Shown here piece after piece: positions 8,397-17,120 of a DNA stretch of 44,343 bases. This stretch comes from a virus. Its lineage: Duplodnaviria > Heunggongvirae > Uroviricota > Caudoviricetes. The stretch lies in the IMG/VR virus record IMGVR_UViG_3300035698_025354; one strand, 5' to 3'. Position 1 is the stretch's first letter. Every line of letters begins with the position of its first letter. The translations under genes and the position numbers were made by a program. The notes beneath the pieces were generated by a model. The model was not told the origin of the DNA, did no database searches, and saw only the letters and a program-made list of their open reading frames with translations.

Positions 8397-8930
8397 TTAT
8401 TTTCCAGATAAGTTATTGTAAATATAGCTTCCTTTTTCTGCCCCAGCTGTTTCCATTTTTTCTATTAAAAATTCTTGGATTTCTAGTACGGTTGTGTTAT
8501 GTCTTCGTTGGATTATTGATGAGACGACTGTTTCTGGGTTTTTGAGTCTGTAGATAATTCTGGATTTGTCGTCTTCTTTTGGGTTGTCGTTACTGTCTTT
8601 GCTAACGGCTATTCGTTCAAGTAGGTTGTCTATTGTTGCTTCTTTTTGGTGTTGCTCCATTATTTCCCATGTGCCTTTGTTAATTCCGATAATAACGTCA
8701 TGGTCTCTTAGTTCTCTATTTTTATCGGTTGACTTGGTGATTGATGCTACCTTAATATGCCCATCTTGGTCTGGCTTGATATTAAATTGCCACATTAGCA
8801 TGATGTTTACACCGAGGATTCCTTCTTGTCCTGAGTGATACTTTTGTATTAAGCCATTTACTAATGTATAGAGCTGTGGGTTGTCTGTGTTTTCGATTAA
8901 TTCCCAATTTACTGGTTTTGGCTTAGACAT
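8397..8930 (-). CDS. phage putative metallopeptidase-family protein (PhageMetallopep-like) lacking HExxH
   Basis: LIQKYH...W...DQDGHIKVA...RELRDHDVIIGIN..TW...QKEATIDNLLER...DDKSRIIYRL follows the family pattern, but DHELxH is replaced by DNLLER. Confidence 0.6.
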   Translation of the reverse strand: MSKPKPVNWELIENTDNPQLYTLVNGLIQKYHSGQEGILGVNIMLMWQFNIKPDQDGHIKVASITKSTDKNRELRDHDVIIGINKGTWEIMEQHQKEATIDNLLERIAVSKDSNDNPKEDDKSRIIYRLKNPETVVSSIIQRRHNTTVLEIQEFLIEKMETAGAEKGSYIYNNLSGK

Positions 8931-8932
8931 TT

Positions 8933-9286
8933 TTAATCTTTCATAATTAAAGTATATTGTTTTTGTATTGATTTTAATAAATCATTGAATTCAATTTCAT
9001 TATTGATGTCGAATTCAAATGATTTTGGGAGTGATTCTTTTGGGTTTTTCTTTGTAAGTTTATATACGTTGTTGGTTAGTGATCCATATGCTTGTAATGA
9101 TATTAAAGCAGGGATATGTGACTTGTGACAATTGCAATGAACAATATGTGTTTTAATAACATAATACGCATGCCTATCTGCAAATTGTTGTGGTTTATCA
9201 TATTCACGAACAATCATATCATCATATATAGTATTTAAGATCTCAAATAATTTAGGAAATGCGATGCTTAAATTTAAAACTTCCAC
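8933..9286 (-). CDS. small paralogue, DxxDP family
   Basis: FEFDINNEIEFNDL. Confidence 0.75.
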   Translation of the reverse strand: MEVLNLSIAFPKLFEILNTIYDDMIVREYDKPQQFADRHAYYVIKTHIVHCNCHKSHIPALISLQAYGSLTNNVYKLTKKNPKESLPKSFEFDINNEIEFNDLLKSIQKQYTLIMKD

Positions 9287-9309
9287 TTTATTCCTATCAA
9301 AAATTTAAT

Positions 9310-10119
9310 ATGGATCATTATTGTCTTGAAAATAGTATAAAATGTGACGGATATTCGGGGTGTCATGTAGAAATCTTCGAGAATTGTATTATAAAATCTT
9401 CAAGCGATTCACAATATAATTCTAGATTATTGGCACAGTCATTAAAGCAATCATCGCATAAATCAAAATACTTGCTTTCTCCTAAAATACTAGGCAACTA
9501 TTATGTTGATGATATATTAAGAGTTAAAATGGAGTATATTAATGGGGTTAATTTTGCTAGATTATTTGAAATCACTGATATTTATGAATTAGATGATATA
9601 TTTAAGTTATTTATAGATTATATTGTTGATAACTTAAATAAAAGTACGATGGTTAATGTTACAGATGATATTATTTCTAAAATTGATTCTGTTAAAAGAA
9701 ATGTTCCTGATAATGTTAAAGATGTTGTGCCATATGTTTCTGAAGAAATTATTATTCCGGTTGGTGTATGTCATGGTGATTTAACATTGAGCAATACGCT
9801 ATATAATTCTAATGGTATATATGTTTTTGATTTTTTAGATTGTTTTGTTGAATCACCGATACAAGATATTGTAAAATTAAGACAAGACACTTTTCATTAT
9901 TGGTCATTAAAACGATGCGATGGGTTTGATATTTCTAAAATCAAAATAATTTTGAGTCATTTTGATGAGGTCATGGTTAATACTTTTGGTAAGTATGGGT
10001 GGTTTAATTTTTATGAGTTGTTCCAAAAGTTAAACCTTTGTAGGGTTTTGCAATACGCTAAATCTCCAAAAGATATTATGTTTTTGATTGAAGAAATTAA
10101 GAAGGTTGAAAATGGCTGA
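9310..10119 (+). CDS. APH/choline-kinase-like phosphotransferase (glycan-locus type)
   Basis: MEYING hinge, CHGDLTLSN catalytic loop, FDFLD metal-binding motif. Confidence 0.85.
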   Translation: MDHYCLENSIKCDGYSGCHVEIFENCIIKSSSDSQYNSRLLAQSLKQSSHKSKYLLSPKILGNYYVDDILRVKMEYINGVNFARLFEITDIYELDDIFKLFIDYIVDNLNKSTMVNVTDDIISKIDSVKRNVPDNVKDVVPYVSEEIIIPVGVCHGDLTLSNTLYNSNGIYVFDFLDCFVESPIQDIVKLRQDTFHYWSLKRCDGFDISKIKIILSHFDEVMVNTFGKYGWFNFYELFQKLNLCRVLQYAKSPKDIMFLIEEIKKVENG

Positions 10120-11938
10120 TATTTTATTACCGGTAGCTGGTAGTAGTTCTAGATATCCTGGGGTTAAACCAAAATGGTTGTTAACACACCCCCTTGGTGA
10201 TATGATGATCATGAAGGCGATTAGTGGTTTTGACTTAGAAAATGCAGATAGGATTATAGTGACGATGCTCAAAGAGCATGTCTATAAGTTTAATGCTAAA
10301 ATTGGGATCAAGAATGCGTTTAGAAAAGCTGGTCTTTCTAAAAAATTAAAGATCTTAGTTTTAGATGATCAAACAGAGGATCAACCATCTACGATTGCAA
10401 AAACAATAAAGCATTTTAATATAAATGGGCCAATATATATTAAAGATAGTGATAATTACTTTGAATGCGATGTGTTATATGAAAACGGTGTATCAGTTTT
10501 TGACATTGAATCGTTGGATTCAGTGAATGCTGGTAATAAAAGTTATGTTAATGTTAAAAATGGGCTAATAACTAATATTATAGAAAAAAGAGTTATTAGC
10601 CCATTATTTTGCTGTGGTGGGTACGGGTTTAAAAGTGGAAAAGAATTTTTAAAGTATTACGAAGAATCTAAAAAGAATTGTCCGGATAGTGGTCTTTATG
10701 TATCGCATGTTATATGTAAGATGATGTTAGATGGCGAAGAATTTAAAGCTAATAAAGTTGAAAATTATGTTGATTGGGGTACACTTAAGGATTGGGAGAG
10801 ATACTGTAATGAGTTTGGGGCAATTTTTATAGACTTAGATGGAACATTAATTAAAAATTCTGGTAGGTATATTCCACCATATTGGGGTGAGACTAAATCC
10901 ATACAAAATAATGTTGATCTTATAAATTCTCTTTATAATAGCGGTAAAATGAAAATTGTTATAACTACTGCTAGATCTAATGATTTTAAATCAACAACTA
11001 TTGATCAATTAAGCAGACTTGGTGTAAATTATCATGATATAATTTTTGAATTACCGCATGCTAAAAGATATCTTATAAATGATTTCGCCAGATCTAACCC
11101 GTACCCATCAGCAATAGCTATAAATATTAATAGAAATGGTGATATTAGTGAGTACCTTCCAGCGTTAAATAATCAACAACCTAAGATTATTAAACCTAAG
11201 ATCAATAAAAGCCATAAGAGAATTGCTGTTTGCTTAAGTGGTCTTGCAAGAACTTATAAAGATACTGTTAGTAATTTTAAATCTTGTATTACACCAGATG
11301 GTAATGATTATGATGTTTTTATAAATACTTGGAATACTAATGATTCCACTTCTTCCACTGAGTATTCTGTTAGAAATAGGGGTGTTTCTGGCGGATTTAT
11401 TAACCATCAAGACATTGTGTATAATTATAATCCGAGATCTATTGAAATAGAGAAAATGTTTGAATGGGATGATTTTGAAAAATATGACAGGAAGAGATCT
11501 GATACTTTTGTTCCGTCTGTGTTATCTATGTTTTATAAGATCTTGGCCGCCGATAAGATGAGGAGAAAAGTTGAGGATTCTGTCGGGTTTAAATATGACA
11601 TGGTTGTGCGTGCTAGATTTGATACTAAGATGACTAATGTGCTTGATTATGATCTTGGTGATAATGATATTTTAATACCAAAGATGTGGTCTAGCAAGTG
11701 CGTTCAATTTGATAAAAAATGGGTAAATGATACGTTTGCTGTTGGCACTTCGGAAGCGATGGCAATTTATTCTAATTTGTTTGACAGTATTGATTTATTA
11801 TACGACCATGGTTTTCCTTTTCAACCGGAGATTATGTTGTATGGGTGGTTAAAACGATATGATTTAAAAATTGGTATTATTGATTCATATCCACAAATAT
11901 TAAGACTTAATGGTGATTTAAGCAAGGTCCCTGAATGA
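10112..11938 (+). CDS. three-domain fusion: sugar-phosphate nucleotidyltransferase-like + HAD hydrolase + capsular-biosynthesis/glycosyltransferase-like domain
   Basis: LPVAGSSSRY..KPK and DWGT; FIDLDGT, ITTAR, INDF; IAVCLSGLAR, DVFINTW, SMFYKI, YDMVVRARFD, NDTFAVG. Confidence 0.8.
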   Translation: MADILLPVAGSSSRYPGVKPKWLLTHPLGDMMIMKAISGFDLENADRIIVTMLKEHVYKFNAKIGIKNAFRKAGLSKKLKILVLDDQTEDQPSTIAKTIKHFNINGPIYIKDSDNYFECDVLYENGVSVFDIESLDSVNAGNKSYVNVKNGLITNIIEKRVISPLFCCGGYGFKSGKEFLKYYEESKKNCPDSGLYVSHVICKMMLDGEEFKANKVENYVDWGTLKDWERYCNEFGAIFIDLDGTLIKNSGRYIPPYWGETKSIQNNVDLINSLYNSGKMKIVITTARSNDFKSTTIDQLSRLGVNYHDIIFELPHAKRYLINDFARSNPYPSAIAININRNGDISEYLPALNNQQPKIIKPKINKSHKRIAVCLSGLARTYKDTVSNFKSCITPDGNDYDVFINTWNTNDSTSSTEYSVRNRGVSGGFINHQDIVYNYNPRSIEIEKMFEWDDFEKYDRKRSDTFVPSVLSMFYKILAADKMRRKVEDSVGFKYDMVVRARFDTKMTNVLDYDLGDNDILIPKMWSSKCVQFDKKWVNDTFAVGTSEAMAIYSNLFDSIDLLYDHGFPFQPEIMLYGWLKRYDLKIGIIDSYPQILRLNGDLSKVPE

Positions 11939-12603
11939 CAACAGTTCGCTTAAAAAATTCTGTGTTTATGCATGTTCCTAAAACTGGTTGCACTACTGCC
12001 ACTTTAGCATTTCATAAAACAAAATCAATAACATATGATTATAGGTATAAACTATGCCCTGGCGATGATGTTGAGTACGATGAGAATTGTAAAATGTATG
12101 TTGAGGAAAATCCAATACCTCATCCACCAGATTCTATGCCACATGCTAATATATGCGAATTGAGAGATTGTGATAGGGATTTACAAAAAATAATAATAGT
12201 TAGAAATCCTCTTGATTGGTATGTGTCGTATTGGTTGCATCATAAAAGATTTGATTGGAGTACGGAAATTAATCCGCCATATTTAGAAAAAGGCGGTGAT
12301 AGAAAATTTTCATATTGGATTGAAAACATGAGTGAGCATTCTGACAAAATAGGTCATGGTTTTTTTACGAGATATGTTGGGGATTGGGTAGACAATAAAA
12401 CACATTTTGTTAGGCTTGAAAATATTGTCGAAGATATGCGATTTGTTTTACGATTATGTGGGGAAAACGAAGAATCGGCTGATCATATGGAAAGTAAGTG
12501 TAATGCTAGAGTGAGTTCTAGAAAATTTGAAATACCAGATTATATTAAGCACGATATCAGGCACTTTGATTCTAAAATATTTGGATTGTATCATGGGTTT
12601 TAA
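11935..12603 (+). CDS. sulfotransferase-family protein
   Basis: FMHVPKTGCTT (5'-PSB loop), VRNPLDWYVS (3'-PB motif), RLE. Confidence 0.8.
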   Translation: MTTVRLKNSVFMHVPKTGCTTATLAFHKTKSITYDYRYKLCPGDDVEYDENCKMYVEENPIPHPPDSMPHANICELRDCDRDLQKIIIVRNPLDWYVSYWLHHKRFDWSTEINPPYLEKGGDRKFSYWIENMSEHSDKIGHGFFTRYVGDWVDNKTHFVRLENIVEDMRFVLRLCGENEESADHMESKCNARVSSRKFEIPDYIKHDIRHFDSKIFGLYHGF

Positions 12604-14174
12604 AACGGTAGGAACACACGTGTTGAATATAATTTTGACGCCACTTTCCTATACCCATCATCTAAAAATGTATTATTGACAGAAGTAACATTAAATTGCG
12701 TGTAGCCACGATGCAAAAGACGATACTGTAGGGCGTCTTGTTCTAAATTTTCAATACAAAACCTTCGCGATTCTTCGTCAATATTCTCATATAATTTTAA
12801 TAATTTTTCATTGAGCATTGATATGGTGTCAGAGCATCCTTCCCATGTTCCACCAAATAAAACGTGGGAGTCTGTGCTACGTCCAATCATTGATTTTGTG
12901 GTTGTAAGGTCTTGAATTTTAAGATTATCACCGTCTTCTTTTAGCCAATATTGTGCTACTTCTTGACCGAATTTTGCTGTTAATAATTTATCTAAGACCT
13001 CTATGTCTTTTGGGTTTGTTGATTTCAGGTTAAGAGCGTTATTTGGTTTCACGAATATTGCAATATCAATGTCAGATTCTGGGATACTATATCCTTTTAA
13101 TTTTGATCCAAACATGATAGATACTGGTAGTATTAATTGGGACAATCTTCTACTGTTGATTATTTTTTGGATCTTTTGTCTTTCTTTATTGATGTGATTT
13201 AAATTTGGTGATTCACTTAGATCTGGATTAAAAATCCCGGCATCATTTAATGTTTTTTGATCTGCAATATTGATACTGTGTAATCTGCAGAATGTTCTTG
13301 ATATGTATTGTGATTGGTGCAATTCTTGGGTATGGGTGTTGTCGTTTTTTGCGAGTTCTAAAAGATGCGGTTTACATCTTTCGTATAGGGCGATTGCTAA
13401 ATCTTTGTCGATCATGTTTAATCGTTCTATTGCCGAACCAATACCTGAAATTGCCACTAGGATTGAGTTTCCTTTTAGTGTTTTAATAAATTCAGCTAAT
13501 GATGTTGTGTTGTGGCTTCCGGCAATTAATATTGTACTTAGACTTTTTCCAAGTTTGTTTATTGTTTGCCTTTTATCTTCCCATCTTAACCAGTTTGCTC
13601 TTTTTTTATTTTTAATATATTTATAACTTGGTAAGTTATCTAATGCGTATGTGATTGAATCGTGTATTGTTTTCTTTGTTGTTAAGTGATTTGTGTTTGG
13701 ATAAGCTTCGTTGACGTTTTTAAAGGCGTCTTTTAATGAATCGGATAACAGTGATGGTGCATTATCTTGTAAATTTGATAGCAACGCTTTAGAAATTAAT
13801 CCGTTTTCAAGTAACGTTGGAGCTAGGTATGCTGCTTGTATAATCCTGTCTTTTGATTCTGTATCTCCATTTGTAAAGTTAGTGCGAACGTCTGATGTTT
13901 GTAATAATCTATACCAGCATTCGATATATGATTCATAGAATGTGTCAATTATTTCGTTGTGATTTCTGTACCATGATGACTTTGGTATTAAGTATAATGG
14001 ACAATATAGTATGAATCTGTCATTTGCCCCAGAACTTAGTAATTTATTTAATGATTTATATAATTCTGTGCGGTCTTCGATGGTTTGGTTTGGTGATGAT
14101 TCTTCAATTAGCTGTTTTAATTGTTTACGGTGTTCGTTGACTGTTGATCCTATCGGTGAAAATGTATTGATCAT
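12600..14174 (-). CDS. large helical protein with C-terminal Pol-beta-superfamily nucleotidyltransferase domain
   Basis: FGSKLKGYSIPESDIDIAIFV (hG[GS]x9-13DhD); start taken as MINTF (GTG at 14216 is an alternative). Confidence 0.8.
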   Translation of the reverse strand: MINTFSPIGSTVNEHRKQLKQLIEESSPNQTIEDRTELYKSLNKLLSSGANDRFILYCPLYLIPKSSWYRNHNEIIDTFYESYIECWYRLLQTSDVRTNFTNGDTESKDRIIQAAYLAPTLLENGLISKALLSNLQDNAPSLLSDSLKDAFKNVNEAYPNTNHLTTKKTIHDSITYALDNLPSYKYIKNKKRANWLRWEDKRQTINKLGKSLSTILIAGSHNTTSLAEFIKTLKGNSILVAISGIGSAIERLNMIDKDLAIALYERCKPHLLELAKNDNTHTQELHQSQYISRTFCRLHSINIADQKTLNDAGIFNPDLSESPNLNHINKERQKIQKIINSRRLSQLILPVSIMFGSKLKGYSIPESDIDIAIFVKPNNALNLKSTNPKDIEVLDKLLTAKFGQEVAQYWLKEDGDNLKIQDLTTTKSMIGRSTDSHVLFGGTWEGCSDTISMLNEKLLKLYENIDEESRRFCIENLEQDALQYRLLHRGYTQFNVTSVNNTFLDDGYRKVASKLYSTRVFLPF

Positions 14175-14201
14175 TATTTTAATTGTTTCTATTTTTATAT
14201 T

Positions 14202-14241
14202 ACAATTCCTCCCCACTGAATAAGCGGTGGGGAGGAATTGT
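14202..14241. terminator. strong GC-rich hairpin (terminator or processing/stability element)
   Basis: ACAATTCCTCCCCAC...GTGGGGAGGAATTGT, 15-bp perfect arms; no clear U-tract on the minus strand. Confidence 0.55.
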
Positions 14242-14459
14242 TAATTTAAACTCCAAAAACTAAAATTCTTTTTAAATTTACCATCTATCGATTTTTGAAT
14301 AACATTCGTAAAGTAGAGGATCTTAGGAATTCTTCGTTTTTTCTAAGCATTCTAATGCCGGACCTTCCCTTTTTCCTTTCTTTCTCAATCCTTCTTCTCC
14401 AATAATCACCTTTATCAATCCCGGTATCGGTGGGTTCTTTAGGCAATTCTTCATCTTGA

Positions 14460-15710
14460 TTAGTCGGATAAAGCTTTTCGTCTGTTTCCAATTCCTGCTG
14501 GTCTTGTGGTTCCGCCTGGAAACATGGCAATCCGTTTGAGATCCTCCCATGGGATTTGTGCACCAAGCATAAACAGAGTTCCGAAGTATTGCAGTTCTTC
14601 ATTCCCAGCTGCAACATTTTCTGTTTGCATAATACCAAGGACAAATTTGGTTAGATTTGTTTCCATTCTTGGGTATGTTGCTGGGACAGCAACATTGAGT
14701 TTCTTAAGCAGCAATTCTCTGGTTGGAATTCCGCAAAGTGATGGTAATCTTGGATTATCGATCATCGATTTGATTTGATTGGCTTCAAATGCTAGTGCTG
14801 AAGTAATTTGAACACCAGTACCACGAAATGTTTTGTTCAACGCATCATTTACTGATTCTGCTGCATCGCGAAGAACACCACAATCTGGTGATTGCATCAT
14901 TCCTGGTGGCATTCCGGCTCCACCGCCACCACCAGCTAAGGATGCCACAGCAGCCATCATCATTGCTGGGTTTGCTGTTCCTTGCATCCATGCTTCTTGC
15001 CATGATGCTAATGCTTCATTAAAAGACAGAATTGCTGGCCACAAGCATTCGTTGATGCGTTTTAATAATTCATCTTTACGTTTTTCTGTAACGAAGCTTC
15101 CATCAAGCCCTTCGATTGCTTGAAACAGATCGCCATATGATTTTCTTGTCAGTTGTTTTCTGATTTTCCAAAATTCATCACCGACTTGTTCTTCGGTAAC
15201 TTCAATAAAATCTTCCATTGATGAAACGAGCTTTTTTGGAATATCATATAATCCAAAACAATCCGCAAGTGCAACTCGAATAGCTGCAATCACAGTGGCT
15301 TGTTCGACTTTTAGAACACCACCAGCACGTAATGAATTTAGCCATGATGCATCGTCTGGGACACTTGGCAGCATCGCATCAATATTCATTGAATTTGCTG
15401 TGATCGGTGCGTTGATCCCATAACTACTTAGATCCGGTGCTTCTTTTAAAGCTAAAACAAGTTTTCTTGCTTTAATTACTGGGATTCCAATGCTTGTAAG
15501 GTCTGATTCTTTCAAGCTTGATAAATCGCTAACGCTTTCCACTCCCAATTTCTTAATTTCGGCGATCTGGGTGTCGTCAACAATTCCCAATTCTTTTAAT
15601 TTTGTTACAATTGGGTCGGTGGTATCGAAATTCCCTGATTTTGGCGTTTCTACCTTTGGCGTTTCCACCTTTGGCGTTTCCGGTGTTTCTGGTGTTTCTT
15701 TATCTGTCAT
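14460..15710 (-). CDS. uncharacterised 416-aa protein: ETPK repeats, SAM/HhH-like N-terminal domain, helical body with Gly/Met-rich segment
   Basis: LKELGI...LGVESVSDLSSLKESDLTSIGIPVIKARKLV; MMMAAVASLAGGGGGAGMPPGMM; overlaps the upstream PurA-like stop. Confidence 0.85.
   Translation of the reverse strand: MTDKETPETPETPKVETPKVETPKSGNFDTTDPIVTKLKELGIVDDTQIAEIKKLGVESVSDLSSLKESDLTSIGIPVIKARKLVLALKEAPDLSSYGINAPITANSMNIDAMLPSVPDDASWLNSLRAGGVLKVEQATVIAAIRVALADCFGLYDIPKKLVSSMEDFIEVTEEQVGDEFWKIRKQLTRKSYGDLFQAIEGLDGSFVTEKRKDELLKRINECLWPAILSFNEALASWQEAWMQGTANPAMMMAAVASLAGGGGGAGMPPGMMQSPDCGVLRDAAESVNDALNKTFRGTGVQITSALAFEANQIKSMIDNPRLPSLCGIPTRELLLKKLNVAVPATYPRMETNLTKFVLGIMQTENVAAGNEELQYFGTLFMLGAQIPWEDLKRIAMFPGGTTRPAGIGNRRKALSD
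15640..15698. repeat. intragenic 15-bp and 9-bp repeats encoding ETPETPETPKVETPKVETPK
   Basis: TTTGGCGTTTCYACC units from 15640. Confidence 0.75.
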
Positions 15711-17076
15711 TCTTTCGATCCTCGTAAAAAATTTTGTCTCTATCGGTTGGCCCGAATGAGAGCAAATGAATTGGAATCCCCAACTTGTCTCGCATTATGC
15801 GATCACATAATCGACATTGTTCTTCGATCGAGTTGGGTAAATCGATTGAAGAAATCACAGCCTTACACTCTAATAATGATGAACAAAGCTTAGTTTGATA
15901 TTTATTACAATGTTCATCGGGTGTCTTAATAGTATTTCCAGATTTAAAATACTCTCTATCATATTTATAATACTTATCGCATATTTCCCATGTTCTATTT
16001 TGTGAGATCTGATCAAACCAAGTAATAGCCAATCCATCTATTGAATTGGGACCACCACAAACATCAACAGCATATTTTAATAAAACAAAATCTAATGGCC
16101 CAACTCTGATTTTACCTTGATATCTATTTTCATCCTTACGACTACCGGGGAATAAGTTGTTATTCATTGTTGGATCAGCAGTAGGCATCGGACCGGCTCC
16201 ATGCCTAACAGTATAGGCACGATGCACCCCTAATTTCACGATATTACCGGCAAATCCATTTCTTATTAGCATATCATGAGAGAAAGATGGTAATGTTCTA
16301 ATAGCACTCGTATGCGGTTGGAATCCATATTTATTATCAGTTAATATTCCATGCGAACTTTCAACTATTGCGACACCATCTTTTTGTAATATTGTAGATA
16401 TATGCTTATCGTCGACAATATTTAATAATTTACCGGCTTCTTTAAACCTATCCGCATTATGATTCAAAAACTCACCATCTTTTAATAATGACAGTTCTTG
16501 ATCAAGAATCGCTTTGTCATCATTTAAAAATTCGCTTTTTTCAATTATGTTTTCTATTTTAGAAATTTGTGCGTCACGAATTTTTGATAATTTTTTATAT
16601 GTATTCTTCTGAAGTTCACCAGCCGTGATTGATTCATGATCTTTATCACGAAATGCCTCACCGACTCCTGTCCCTATTGTTCCTCTTGGATTTGTTCCTC
16701 TTGATATTTCTTTTATTCTTGATACAATGCCGTGGTATGGTGTTGAGCAAATTGTATCTCTGTCAATTGTTAGTAAGTCAAATGCATTTGTTAAACCATG
16801 GTATCTGAGTGCGTCTGCTTCGTTTAATAAACCTTCTGGACTTGCAACCATTAGGGGTGTAATATGTGTTTTTACGCCCTCGAATGTTCCACACCCCCAT
16901 TGGCTAAATGAAAATTCATGCTTTTTTGTTGAAACTCCGTGGCTTCCTTGGGCTCCACCAACTTTGATTATAGTGTGGGCATGATGGTGGCAAGACAGCT
17001 TGTGGATTACGCTGCCTTTGCCACCATCACCGGGACCTAAGTCGAACACAATTATAATTTTATTTTCTTGCAACAT
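15700..17076 (-). CDS. divergent adenylosuccinate synthetase-like (PurA-fold) ligase
   Basis: GPGDGGKG, GGAQGSH, GTIGTGVG, ESSHGILTD, AYTVRHGAGPMPT, RVGPLD, ITWFD, SFGP align with the PurA motifs. Confidence 0.9.
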   Translation of the reverse strand: MLQENKIIIVFDLGPGDGGKGSVIHKLSCHHHAHTIIKVGGAQGSHGVSTKKHEFSFSQWGCGTFEGVKTHITPLMVASPEGLLNEADALRYHGLTNAFDLLTIDRDTICSTPYHGIVSRIKEISRGTNPRGTIGTGVGEAFRDKDHESITAGELQKNTYKKLSKIRDAQISKIENIIEKSEFLNDDKAILDQELSLLKDGEFLNHNADRFKEAGKLLNIVDDKHISTILQKDGVAIVESSHGILTDNKYGFQPHTSAIRTLPSFSHDMLIRNGFAGNIVKLGVHRAYTVRHGAGPMPTADPTMNNNLFPGSRKDENRYQGKIRVGPLDFVLLKYAVDVCGGPNSIDGLAITWFDQISQNRTWEICDKYYKYDREYFKSGNTIKTPDEHCNKYQTKLCSSLLECKAVISSIDLPNSIEEQCRLCDRIMRDKLGIPIHLLSFGPTDRDKIFYEDRKNDR

Positions 17077-17110
17077 TTTGATTTCCTTATATTATAATGT
17101 TGCAAGAAAA
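17063..17110 (-). promoter_or_regulatory. hairpin pairing the start codon of the PurA-like gene, RBS in the loop
   Basis: 15-bp perfect inverted repeat TTTTCTTGCAACATT/AATGTTGCAAGAAAA; mRNA loop AUAAUAUAAGGAAAUCAA. Confidence 0.6.
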
Positions 17111-17120
17111 AAATTATTTG

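Noticed and set aside
850-8838. Hydrophobic plus-strand ORFs opposite the paralogue array
   Set aside because: Antisense shadows; the G/T-rich strand produces F/L/V/C-rich frames with few stops
773-9286. Integron cassette array or diversity-generating retroelement
   Set aside because: Genes abut or overlap with no attC-like repeats; no integrase or reverse transcriptase; no template/variable repeat pair seen
14285-14644. ORFs 14285..14644 and 14323..14550
   Set aside because: They largely overlap the 416-aa gene. A short gene (ATG at 14454) or a frameshifted tail may fill 14242-14459, but I cannot choose a frame
15700-17076. PurZ / 2-aminoadenine (Z-genome) pathway
   Set aside because: The catalytic loop keeps Asp (GDGGKG) rather than the Ser of PurZ; no DatZ/MazZ-like genes in the window; neighbours are vWA and kinase-fold genes
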